A stretch of DNA of 64,000 nt from an uncultured Planctomycetia bacterium. Its GTDB lineage: Bacteria; Omnitrophota; Gorgyraeia; 2-02-FULL-51-18. Position numbers and translations under genes: made by a program. Below the pieces are notes generated by a model. It saw only the letters and a program-made list of their open reading frames with translations. It was not told the origin of the DNA and made no database searches. This document shows, piece after piece, positions 10,331-17,947 of the stretch. The DNA is taken from NCBI GenBank assembly GCA_964642015.1, contig CAZXLF010000001.1:432168-496167 (forward strand), written 5' to 3'. Position 1 is the stretch's first letter. Each line of letters starts with the position of its first letter.

Positions 10331-10834
10331 ATGGCCATTCACGAACCTACGCCCGTCAAGCTTTGCATTTTATCCGTGCTCGTTGAGAACCGATCGGGTG
10401 TGTTGTCGCACGTTGTCGGACTTTTTTCGGCGCGTGGATTCAATATTGATTCGCTGGCAGTGGGCGAAACGGAAGACGCGACGGCTTCGCGGATCACGCT
10501 TGTTGCGCGTGGCGATCAAAAAACTCTCGAGCAGATCAAAAAGCAGCTTAATAAGCTCATTGATGTGATCAAAGTGCTGGATCTGACGGATCAGGAGTTT
10601 GTCGACCGTGAATTGATGCTGGTAAAACTTCATACCTCACAGAAGGTTAAAGAAGGGTTGAAGACGCTGTTGCCAAAATATCGCATGGCAGTGATCGAAG
10701 AGAATCCGCAGCTCACGATCGTGGAATGCACCGAGACGAGAGAGAATACCAAAAAACTTTTTGAAGTTTTGAAAGAAATGGGTATCGCCGAAATAGCGCA
10801 AACGGGCGCTGTGGCTTTATCGAAAAAAGTTTAA
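10331..10834 (+). CDS. ilvN: acetolactate synthase small regulatory subunit (ACT domain)
   Basis: 167 aa ACT-domain protein immediately after ilvB. '[32 protein letters not shown]' is the canonical small-subunit N-terminus. Confidence 0.9.
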   Translation: MAIHEPTPVKLCILSVLVENRSGVLSHVVGLFSARGFNIDSLAVGETEDATASRITLVARGDQKTLEQIKKQLNKLIDVIKVLDLTDQEFVDRELMLVKLHTSQKVKEGLKTLLPKYRMAVIEENPQLTIVECTETRENTKKLFEVLKEMGIAEIAQTGAVALSKKV

Positions 10835-10848
10835 ACAAGGAGAACGAA

Positions 10849-11835
10849 ATGGCAAAAATTTATTATGATAATGACGCAGATCTGTCTTACATCAAAAATA
10901 AAACTGTCGGTGTGATCGGTTACGGTATCCAAGGACGCGGTCAAGCGCTCAATTTAAGGGATAGCGGCGTCAAAGTGCTTGTCTCGCAGAGGCCCGGCGG
11001 ACCCAATTACGATATGGCCAAAAAAGACGGTTTTGATCCCATTGATGCAGGGGAGCTGGCAAGGCGTTCGGATATTATCATTATTTTGGCTCAGGATCCG
11101 CTACAGTCGCAGATCTACAAGCAGTCGGTGGAGCCATATTTAACGAAAGGTAAAGCACTCGCGTTCTCTCATGGCTTCAACATCCATTTTAAGCAGATCG
11201 TTCCGCCGAAATTTGTGGATGTTTTTATGATCGCGCCCAAAGGTCCGGGAAGTCTGGTGCGCCGTCTTTACGAAGAAAACAAAGGCGTGCCGTGTCTCAT
11301 GGCGATCTATCAGGATGCATCCAAGAATTGCAAGAAGATCGCATTGGCCTATGCCAAGGGTTTGGGCGGTACAAGGGCTGGAGTCATTGAGACCACATTC
11401 AAAGAAGAAACTGAGACAGATCTTTTCGGCGAACAAACCGTACTTTGCGGTGGTGTCAGTGCGCTGATCAAAGCCGGTTTCGAGACACTCGTGAAAGCGG
11501 GCTATCAGCCGGAGATCGCTTATTTTGAATGCTTGCATGAGCTCAAGCTCATTACGGACATGATCTATGCTACTGGCATTCAGGGTATGAGAAAAAGAGT
11601 GTCCGATACGGCTGAGTACGGCGATGTTACGCGCGGTCCGCGTGTCGTGAATGAAAAGACGCGTAATGAAATGAAAAAGATCCTGAAAGAGATCCAGTCC
11701 GGAAAATTTGCGAAAGAATTTGTCTCGGACTACCACAAGGGGAAAAAGAATTTTGAAAAATGGCGTCATGCGGATGACAAGCATCCAATCGAGCAGGTCG
11801 GTACCAAATTGCGCAGCATGATGAAATGGATGTAA
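10849..11835 (+). CDS. ilvC: ketol-acid reductoisomerase (class I, short form)
   Basis: '[40 protein letters not shown]' NADPH-binding N-terminus. 328 aa. Confidence 0.95.
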   Translation: MAKIYYDNDADLSYIKNKTVGVIGYGIQGRGQALNLRDSGVKVLVSQRPGGPNYDMAKKDGFDPIDAGELARRSDIIIILAQDPLQSQIYKQSVEPYLTKGKALAFSHGFNIHFKQIVPPKFVDVFMIAPKGPGSLVRRLYEENKGVPCLMAIYQDASKNCKKIALAYAKGLGGTRAGVIETTFKEETETDLFGEQTVLCGGVSALIKAGFETLVKAGYQPEIAYFECLHELKLITDMIYATGIQGMRKRVSDTAEYGDVTRGPRVVNEKTRNEMKKILKEIQSGKFAKEFVSDYHKGKKNFEKWRHADDKHPIEQVGTKLRSMMKWM

Positions 11836-13392
11836 ATGAGCGATCTGAATAGAATATACATATTTGACACGACACTTCGCGACGGCGAACAATCTCCGGG
11901 AGCGAGCCTCGATGAGAATGGTAAGCTCGAGATCGCCAGGCAATTGGCTGCGCTTCGCGTGGATATCATCGAAGCCGGATTTCCGATAACATCACCGGGC
12001 GATGCGGCGGCCGTCAAACGGATCGCAAAAGAAGTGAAGGGTCCGACGATCTGTGCTTTGGCGCGCGCGGTTCAAAAAGATATCGACGTGGCCTTGGATA
12101 GCTTAAAGCCCGCTAAGAATAGTCGTCTGCATATTTTCATCGCGACTTCGGAGATCCATCGTAAGTTCAAGCTGAATAAAGCCAAAGACGAGATCATTCG
12201 TATTGCGACTTCCTCAATCAAACACGCCAAACAAAGGATCGGTGAGGTAGAATTCTCGCCCGAAGACGCTTCTCGCACAGAACCGCCTTTCTTGTATGAG
12301 GTGCTCGAAGCCGTGATTGATGCGGGCGCCACAATTTTGAATATTCCTGATACGGTCGGTTACACGACGCCTTTTGAGTTTGGAAATCTGATCAAAGGCA
12401 TTTTTGAAAATGTCCCGAATATCAACAAAGCGATTATCAGCGTACATTGCCACAACGATCTGGGGCTTGCTGTAGCCAATTCTTTATCCGCGATCAAATT
12501 CGGAGCGCGTCAGGTGGAATGTACTGTCAACGGGATCGGTGAAAGAGCAGGCAATGCCGCGATGGAAGAGATTGTCATGGCGCTGGATACGCGCAAAGAT
12601 ATTTTTCAGGGGAAATTCACGAATATCAATCGTCCCGAGATCGTGAAAACGAGCCGTCTGGTAAGTTCATTGACCGGTATTTTGGTTCAGCCGAATAAAG
12701 CGGTTGTCGGCAAAAATGCCTTTACGCATGAATCAGGCATCCATCAGGATGGTCTTTTAAAATTGAGAAAGACCTATGAGATCATGCGGCCGGAGGATGT
12801 CGGCTTTGGTGAGACGCAGCTGGTGCTCGGCAAGCATTCCGGAAGACATGCTCTCGAGAGCCGTCTTTCCAAGCTGGGGTATAAATTGAACGCCAAGGAA
12901 CTGGATGACGCGTTCAAGAATTTCAAACTTTTAGCTGATAAAAAGAAAGAAGTATTCGATGATGATCTCGCGGCGCTCATGGATACCGAGATCGCCACTG
13001 TGCCCAAGACGTACGAGCTTTTGTTTTTGAGCGTATTGACGCAGAGCAGCGAAGATCCCAAAGTCACTTTGAAGATAAAATCCAAAGGCAAGGTATTGAC
13101 CGCCTCTGGGACAGGCAGCGGTCCGGTGGATGCTGCCTACAAACTGATCGATAAAATGATCAATCGCAAGACCCGTTTATTGGATTATCAGATCCATTCT
13201 GTCACTGTCGGAAAAGATGCGCAAGGCGAGGTCACCGTGAAAGTGGAAGGCGAAGATAAAGAGGTGATCCTTGGCCAGGGACTCAGCACCGATGTCATTG
13301 AGGCCAGCGTCAAAGCTTACCTCAATGCGATCAATAAAATTGTTTATCGGCCTCACGGTTCCAAAAAAGGGCGACTATCGTACGGAGTTTAA
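11836..13392 (+). CDS. leuA: 2-isopropylmalate synthase
   Basis: 'IFDTTLRDGEQSPG' DRE-TIM motif and 'HCHNDLGLAVANSL' motif. 518 aa with a C-terminal LeuA dimerisation/regulatory domain. Confidence 0.95.
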   Translation: MSDLNRIYIFDTTLRDGEQSPGASLDENGKLEIARQLAALRVDIIEAGFPITSPGDAAAVKRIAKEVKGPTICALARAVQKDIDVALDSLKPAKNSRLHIFIATSEIHRKFKLNKAKDEIIRIATSSIKHAKQRIGEVEFSPEDASRTEPPFLYEVLEAVIDAGATILNIPDTVGYTTPFEFGNLIKGIFENVPNINKAIISVHCHNDLGLAVANSLSAIKFGARQVECTVNGIGERAGNAAMEEIVMALDTRKDIFQGKFTNINRPEIVKTSRLVSSLTGILVQPNKAVVGKNAFTHESGIHQDGLLKLRKTYEIMRPEDVGFGETQLVLGKHSGRHALESRLSKLGYKLNAKELDDAFKNFKLLADKKKEVFDDDLAALMDTEIATVPKTYELLFLSVLTQSSEDPKVTLKIKSKGKVLTASGTGSGPVDAAYKLIDKMINRKTRLLDYQIHSVTVGKDAQGEVTVKVEGEDKEVILGQGLSTDVIEASVKAYLNAINKIVYRPHGSKKGRLSYGV

Positions 13393-13433
13393 GCGGGACG
13401 ATCAGAAAAGATTTGTCATGGAGTATAGTGCAA

Positions 13434-13471
13434 GTTTTGCTGCCAGCATGCCGGCGGCAGCTTTGCATTTT
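13434..13471 (+). terminator. hairpin (GCTGCC / GGCAGC stem) followed by a T-rich run downstream of leuA; candidate intrinsic terminator of the ilv-leu operon
   Basis: A 6-bp perfect stem read from the sequence, with a GC-rich loop containing the palindrome GCCGGC, then TTTGCATTTT. Confidence 0.3.
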
Positions 13472-13527
13472 AGAAAAATGACTTTGATCGATGCTTAGAA
13501 TTTCGTACGTTTTATTTTTTAAGGGAG

Positions 13528-14403
13528 ATGTCATTGAATAATCTTCAATACACAGTCAACGCCGAAACCAGACTTTACGGCATTCTTGGAAATCCGGTCC
13601 ATCATTCTTTGTCGCCGCTGATACACAACACCCTTTTTCGGCAGTTCCAGATCAACGCAGTCTATCTGGCGTTTGAAATAGAAAAAAGTTCTCTCGGATT
13701 GGCATTCGAAGCGATCAGATCCTTTGGAATGAATGGCGCGAACATCACGATCCCTTTCAAGGAAGAAGCGATTGATTTCATTGACGAGATCCCTGAGGAT
13801 GTAGACCGCTGCATGGGTGCCATCAACACGATTGTGAACCACAAAGGTCAGCTTTACGGTTATAACACGGACGGCGTCGGGTTTCTCGTGGCATTGAAGG
13901 AAGACCTTGGCTTCAATCCCGAGGGTAAAAAAGTAGCGGTCCTGGGCGCCGGCGGCGCTGCGCGAGGCGTCATATTTGCGCTGGCGCGCGCGCATGCGGA
14001 TAGCATCATGATCCATAACCGGACTTTGGAAAGAGCCGAAGGTTTGACTGAGCTTGTTTCTAGACATTTTCCCGAATCCGATATTGAGACCATCGATGAT
14101 CCGCAAACGATCAGCGCCAGTAAACCGGATCTTGTGATCAATGCTACATCCGTCGGAATGAATTCTAAACAGTCACCGCTGGATTTAAAAACACTTTCTC
14201 ATAAAGCAAGTGTTTATGATCTTGTGTATTCACCCGCGGAAACGCCATTCTTAAAGCAGGCCAAACAGCTTCAACTGCCTCATGCTAACGGTTTGGGAAT
14301 GCTTGCGGCGCAGGCGGCATTAAGTTTTGAATTGTGGACCGGTGAAAAGGCGGGAGTGCGTGAAGCGATGCTTGAGGTGCTGAAAAAATGTATTACATCA
14401 TAG
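13528..14403 (+). CDS. aroE: shikimate 5-dehydrogenase
   Basis: 'YGILGNPVHHSLSPLIHN' substrate-binding motif and 'GAGGAARG' Rossmann motif. 291 aa. Confidence 0.9.
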   Translation: MSLNNLQYTVNAETRLYGILGNPVHHSLSPLIHNTLFRQFQINAVYLAFEIEKSSLGLAFEAIRSFGMNGANITIPFKEEAIDFIDEIPEDVDRCMGAINTIVNHKGQLYGYNTDGVGFLVALKEDLGFNPEGKKVAVLGAGGAARGVIFALARAHADSIMIHNRTLERAEGLTELVSRHFPESDIETIDDPQTISASKPDLVINATSVGMNSKQSPLDLKTLSHKASVYDLVYSPAETPFLKQAKQLQLPHANGLGMLAAQAALSFELWTGEKAGVREAMLEVLKKCITS

Positions 14404-15173
14404 CCACTGCTCTCGGTCTGATCGTGGGGAGTTTTTTGAATGTCTGCATTTTTAGGATCCCTAAAGAAGAGTCGATTGTTTTTCCCGCATCTCATTGCCA
14501 ATCGTGCAACAAACCGATCGCGCCGACGGACAATATTCCTGTGATCAGTTTCTTGCTATTGAAAGGCCAGTGCCGGCATTGCCATGCAAAGATCGATTGG
14601 CAATATCCGATGGTTGAAATTTTGTCGGCTTGTTTTTTTGTTCTTTTTTATCATTCCTTCGGATTGACGGTTAAAGGAGTCTTATATCTCATATTTGCTC
14701 TGGCTCTTTTGGTCCAAACCTTTATTGATCTGAGACATCAGATCATTCCTGACAGCATCACATTGCCGGGGATGCTCATAGGTTTGGTTGCTTCGAGTGT
14801 GTGGCCGGATCTTCATGGAGCAAATGTTTGGTGGTTGGGTGTTTTTAGATCATCGATCGGTTTGCTTGTGGGCGGAGGATTTTTTTATGTGACCGGCACG
14901 ATCGCAGAATGGGTCTTGAAAAAAGAAGCGATCGGCGGAGGCGATGTCAAACTTTTAGCGATGATCGGTGCGTTGCTAGGTTGGCGCGGAGTTGCCTGCA
15001 CGATATTCCTTTCATCTTTATCGGGTGCCATCATCGGGCTTTATTTGAAATTCGCTCACGGAGAAGAAAGGATCCCGTTCGGGCCTTACATTGCGCTCGG
15101 CGCGGTTTTGTACATTTTTTTCGGGCAGAAAATGATCTGGTGGTATGCCCATGCGGTAGGGATTTACAGATAA
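14388..15173 (+). CDS. pilD: type IV prepilin leader peptidase (A24 family) with an N-terminal Cys4 zinc domain
   Basis: 'FLNVCIFRIP' N-terminus and C-x2-C...C-x2-C tetracysteine (CQSCNKP...CRHCHAKI). Multi-pass membrane protein carrying the conserved Asp pair of A24 peptidases. 261 aa. Confidence 0.85.
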   Translation: MYYIIATALGLIVGSFLNVCIFRIPKEESIVFPASHCQSCNKPIAPTDNIPVISFLLLKGQCRHCHAKIDWQYPMVEILSACFFVLFYHSFGLTVKGVLYLIFALALLVQTFIDLRHQIIPDSITLPGMLIGLVASSVWPDLHGANVWWLGVFRSSIGLLVGGGFFYVTGTIAEWVLKKEAIGGGDVKLLAMIGALLGWRGVACTIFLSSLSGAIIGLYLKFAHGEERIPFGPYIALGAVLYIFFGQKMIWWYAHAVGIYR

Positions 15174-15189
15174 TTAACGGAGAACACTC

Positions 15190-16314
15190 ATGTTGAGATT
15201 TTTAACTAGCGGCGAATCACATGGAAAATCATTGATAGCGATATTGGAAGGAATGGTGGCGGGGCTTGCGATCGACACCGATGAAATAAACCGCGATCTG
15301 ATGCGTCGTCAGCAAGGTTACGGCCGTGGCGGGCGCATGGCGATCGAGAAAGATCAAGTTGAGATCCTTTCGGGTGTCCGACAGAAACGGAGCATTGGCG
15401 GACCGATCGCGCTTTTGATCCCGAATAAAGATTTTAAGATCAATGAATTGCCTGTTGTCAAACGCCCGCGTCCCGGCCACGCTGATCTTGTGGGTGTCAT
15501 GAAATATGGGCAAGAAGATGTGCGCGACGTGCTGGAACGTGCCAGTGCGCGCGAAACGACAGCGCGTGTTGCAGTCGGAGCGGTATGCAAGATCTTTCTG
15601 AAGGAATTCGGTGTCGAGATATTGAGTCATGTTGTTTCCATTGGGGGTGTTACTTTTGATGCCAAAGGTATGACGTTCGATCAGATCAAAAAAGAAGCAG
15701 AAGGATCTCCAATGAGATGCGCCAGCCAGGCCGTTACCAAAAAAATGATGGCGCGCGTCGATGAAGCGAGAAATTCGAAAGATACCATCGGCGGAATATT
15801 TGAGGTGATAGTCAAAGGAGTACCGCCGGGATTAGGAAGTTTTGTGCATTATGACAGACGCTTGAGTGCCAAGCTTTGCGCAAGCCTTATGTCAATTCAG
15901 GCCGTGAAAGGTGTTGAGGTCGGCATGGGCTTCGGAGTTTCCGAAACGCTTGGTAAACACGTGCATGACGAGATCTTTCACGATAAAAAGCGCGGCTTTT
16001 ACCGCAAGACCAACAATGCGGGCGGGTTTGAGGGCGGAGTCACCAACGGCGAGAACTTGGTCCTAAGGGCCGCGACGAAGCCTTATTCTACGCTGATGAA
16101 TCCGATGCAGTCGGTGAATATTGAAACAAAAGAAAAAGAGGTTGCTACAATAGAGCGTTCTGATGTCACCGCTGTGCCAGCTTGCGGCGTGGTCGGCGAA
16201 GCGATGGCGGCGTTCGAAGTCGCGAACAGTTATTTTGAAAAATTCGGGGGAGACAGCCTTAAAGAAATATTGAGAAATTACAAAGGTTATCTTAAACAGC
16301 TCGAGGAATTTTAA
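15190..16314 (+). CDS. aroC: chorismate synthase
   Basis: 'RFLTSGESHGKSL' N-terminus and 'GRSSARETTARVAVGAV'-type motif. 374 aa. Confidence 0.95.
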   Translation: MLRFLTSGESHGKSLIAILEGMVAGLAIDTDEINRDLMRRQQGYGRGGRMAIEKDQVEILSGVRQKRSIGGPIALLIPNKDFKINELPVVKRPRPGHADLVGVMKYGQEDVRDVLERASARETTARVAVGAVCKIFLKEFGVEILSHVVSIGGVTFDAKGMTFDQIKKEAEGSPMRCASQAVTKKMMARVDEARNSKDTIGGIFEVIVKGVPPGLGSFVHYDRRLSAKLCASLMSIQAVKGVEVGMGFGVSETLGKHVHDEIFHDKKRGFYRKTNNAGGFEGGVTNGENLVLRAATKPYSTLMNPMQSVNIETKEKEVATIERSDVTAVPACGVVGEAMAAFEVANSYFEKFGGDSLKEILRNYKGYLKQLEEF

Positions 16315-16317
16315 ATT

Positions 16318-16833
16318 TTGCTTTCGAAGAATATCGCGCTGATAGGGTTTATGGGTACCGGCAAGACTAGTGTCGGAAAGATTTTGGCGAAACGGCTCAA
16401 TCGGCCAGTCGTAGATGTTGACCAATATATCGAAGAACGGGAAAAAAGAAAGATCAGTGAGATCTTTGAGAAGCAGGGCGAGGCGCATTTCAGGGCTCTT
16501 GAAAAGGACGCGATCTTGAAAATATGTTCGCAGCAAGGCATTGTTATCACAACCGGCGGGGGAGCGGTGCTTGATCCGGAGAATTTTCAGGCGCTAAGAT
16601 CATCCGGCTGGGTGATAGGGCTTTTAGCGAAACCTGAAACGGTCTTTAAGAGAGTAAAAGATTCCCGTCATCGTCCTCTTCTGGAAGGCAAAGACAAGCT
16701 ACAGGAGATAGAAAAGCTTTTAGAGGTAAGAACGCCAATTTATGAGAGAGCGGACTTTCACTTTTATACTGATGGACAAACCGCCGCTCAGGTGGCGGAG
16801 GCTATATTGAAAACATTGGATCAAAAAGCATGA
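16318..16833 (+). CDS. aroK: shikimate kinase
   Basis: P-loop 'GFMGTGKTSVGK' in a 171-aa protein. TTG start immediately after the aroC stop. Confidence 0.9.
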   Translation: MLSKNIALIGFMGTGKTSVGKILAKRLNRPVVDVDQYIEEREKRKISEIFEKQGEAHFRALEKDAILKICSQQGIVITTGGGAVLDPENFQALRSSGWVIGLLAKPETVFKRVKDSRHRPLLEGKDKLQEIEKLLEVRTPIYERADFHFYTDGQTAAQVAEAILKTLDQKA

Positions 16834-17936
16834 AACAAGACAGCGATCAGCTGAAATATATGGTCGGTCTTAGTCTGGCGATGAATGTCGGCGCAGTGAC
16901 CTTTAGGAAATTGATAGAGGAATTTGGTAGCGTCGAGTCGATCTTTCAGGCCTCGCCAAAAGATCTATCGTTTATCAAAAGATTGCCTAAAACTTTATGC
17001 GACGAATTAAAGAGCGGCATTCTTATTGAAAAAGCACAAAAGGAGATCGGGGAGGCTGAGAAAAATAAAATTGATATCATCAGCATTTTAGATGCTCGAT
17101 ACCCAGATGCGCTAAAATCAATATATGATGCACCGATGGTCCTTTATGTACGAGGCTCATTTCCTGATGAGAAGATGCCAATAGTGGCTGTTGTCGGCTC
17201 AAGAAATGCGTCGTATTATGGAATTCGTATGGCCAAAAAGATCGCTGCCGATCTTTCGAAGTCCGGTGTTATTGTGGTAAGCGGTATGGCAATCGGTGTC
17301 GACAGCGCTGCGCATGAGGGGGCATTATCCGAAGATGGCATTACACTTGCCGTTCTCGGTGGAGGTCTGGCAAGGATCTACCCGTCAGAAAATAAAAAGA
17401 TCGCGGATCAAATCATCAAAAGAGGCGCGCTGATCTCAGAATATCCTTTGAACATGCCCCCTCAGCCTCAATTTTTTCCTATGAGAAACCGGATTATCAG
17501 CGGTTTATCTCAGGCAGTTTTGGTCGTGGAAGCTGGTGAAAAAAGCGGCGCGCTGATTACAGTTGATACAGCATTAGAACAAGGACGCGAAGTTTTTGCG
17601 GTACCCGGCAATGCTGACTCCAAGCATTCAAGCGGAACCAATGCATTGATCAAGCAAGGAGCCAAGTTGATCACTTGCGCCGAGGATATTTTGGAAGAAC
17701 TGGAATTAAAAAATCCGACGAACACGTGCAAAAATGATTCGTCCGATGTAAAAGTCTCCATGAATGAGGAAGAAAACCGGCTTTTTTCTTTATTGAATAA
17801 TGAACCGCTCAACATTGATACGCTGATCGAGCAAAGCGGGACCGCGCCCGGCAAAACGATTTCGAACTTGTCTGGTTTGCAATTAAAGGGCATCGTAAAA
17901 GAATTGCCAGGAAAAAATTTTACAAGAAACATCTAA
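16830..17936 (+). CDS. dprA: DNA-processing protein A (Smf), RecA loader for incoming ssDNA
   Basis: DprA Rossmann-like core ('VVGSRNASYYGIRMAKKIA...GMAIGVDSAAHEGAL', 'SGALITVDTALEQGREVFAVPG') plus a C-terminal winged-helix domain. Conserved smf-topA neighbourhood. Confidence 0.9.
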   Translation: MKQDSDQLKYMVGLSLAMNVGAVTFRKLIEEFGSVESIFQASPKDLSFIKRLPKTLCDELKSGILIEKAQKEIGEAEKNKIDIISILDARYPDALKSIYDAPMVLYVRGSFPDEKMPIVAVVGSRNASYYGIRMAKKIAADLSKSGVIVVSGMAIGVDSAAHEGALSEDGITLAVLGGGLARIYPSENKKIADQIIKRGALISEYPLNMPPQPQFFPMRNRIISGLSQAVLVVEAGEKSGALITVDTALEQGREVFAVPGNADSKHSSGTNALIKQGAKLITCAEDILEELELKNPTNTCKNDSSDVKVSMNEEENRLFSLLNNEPLNIDTLIEQSGTAPGKTISNLSGLQLKGIVKELPGKNFTRNI

Positions 17937-17947
17937 AGGAAAACAAA

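Noticed and set aside
9563-10342. 259-aa antisense ORF inside ilvB. Similar long minus-strand ORFs occur at 11140-11943 inside ilvC, 13531-14106 inside aroE and 53608-54273 inside infB
   Set aside because: Translations are low-complexity, Arg/His/Phe-rich and lack any recognisable motif. They lie exactly antisense to strongly supported, highly conserved genes. These are typical shadow ORFs of the opposite strand of moderate-GC coding DNA.
13393-13527. Checked the 135-bp leuA-aroE spacer and all other spacers over 100 bp (8545-8650, 39415-39521, 44537-44646, 51507-51620, 63470-63582) for tRNA genes, small RNAs or CRISPR repeats
   Set aside because: No cloverleaf-compatible segments (no GTTC-type T-arm with matching acceptor stem). 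No repeated spacer-repeat units. Only the hairpins reported above.
14909-15196. 95-aa + strand ORF overlapping the 3' half of pilD in another frame. A 71-aa ORF at 39213-39428 overlaps the end of lptB
   Set aside because: Fully contained within, or overlapping, well-supported genes on the same strand in a different frame. No motifs. Treated as spurious.
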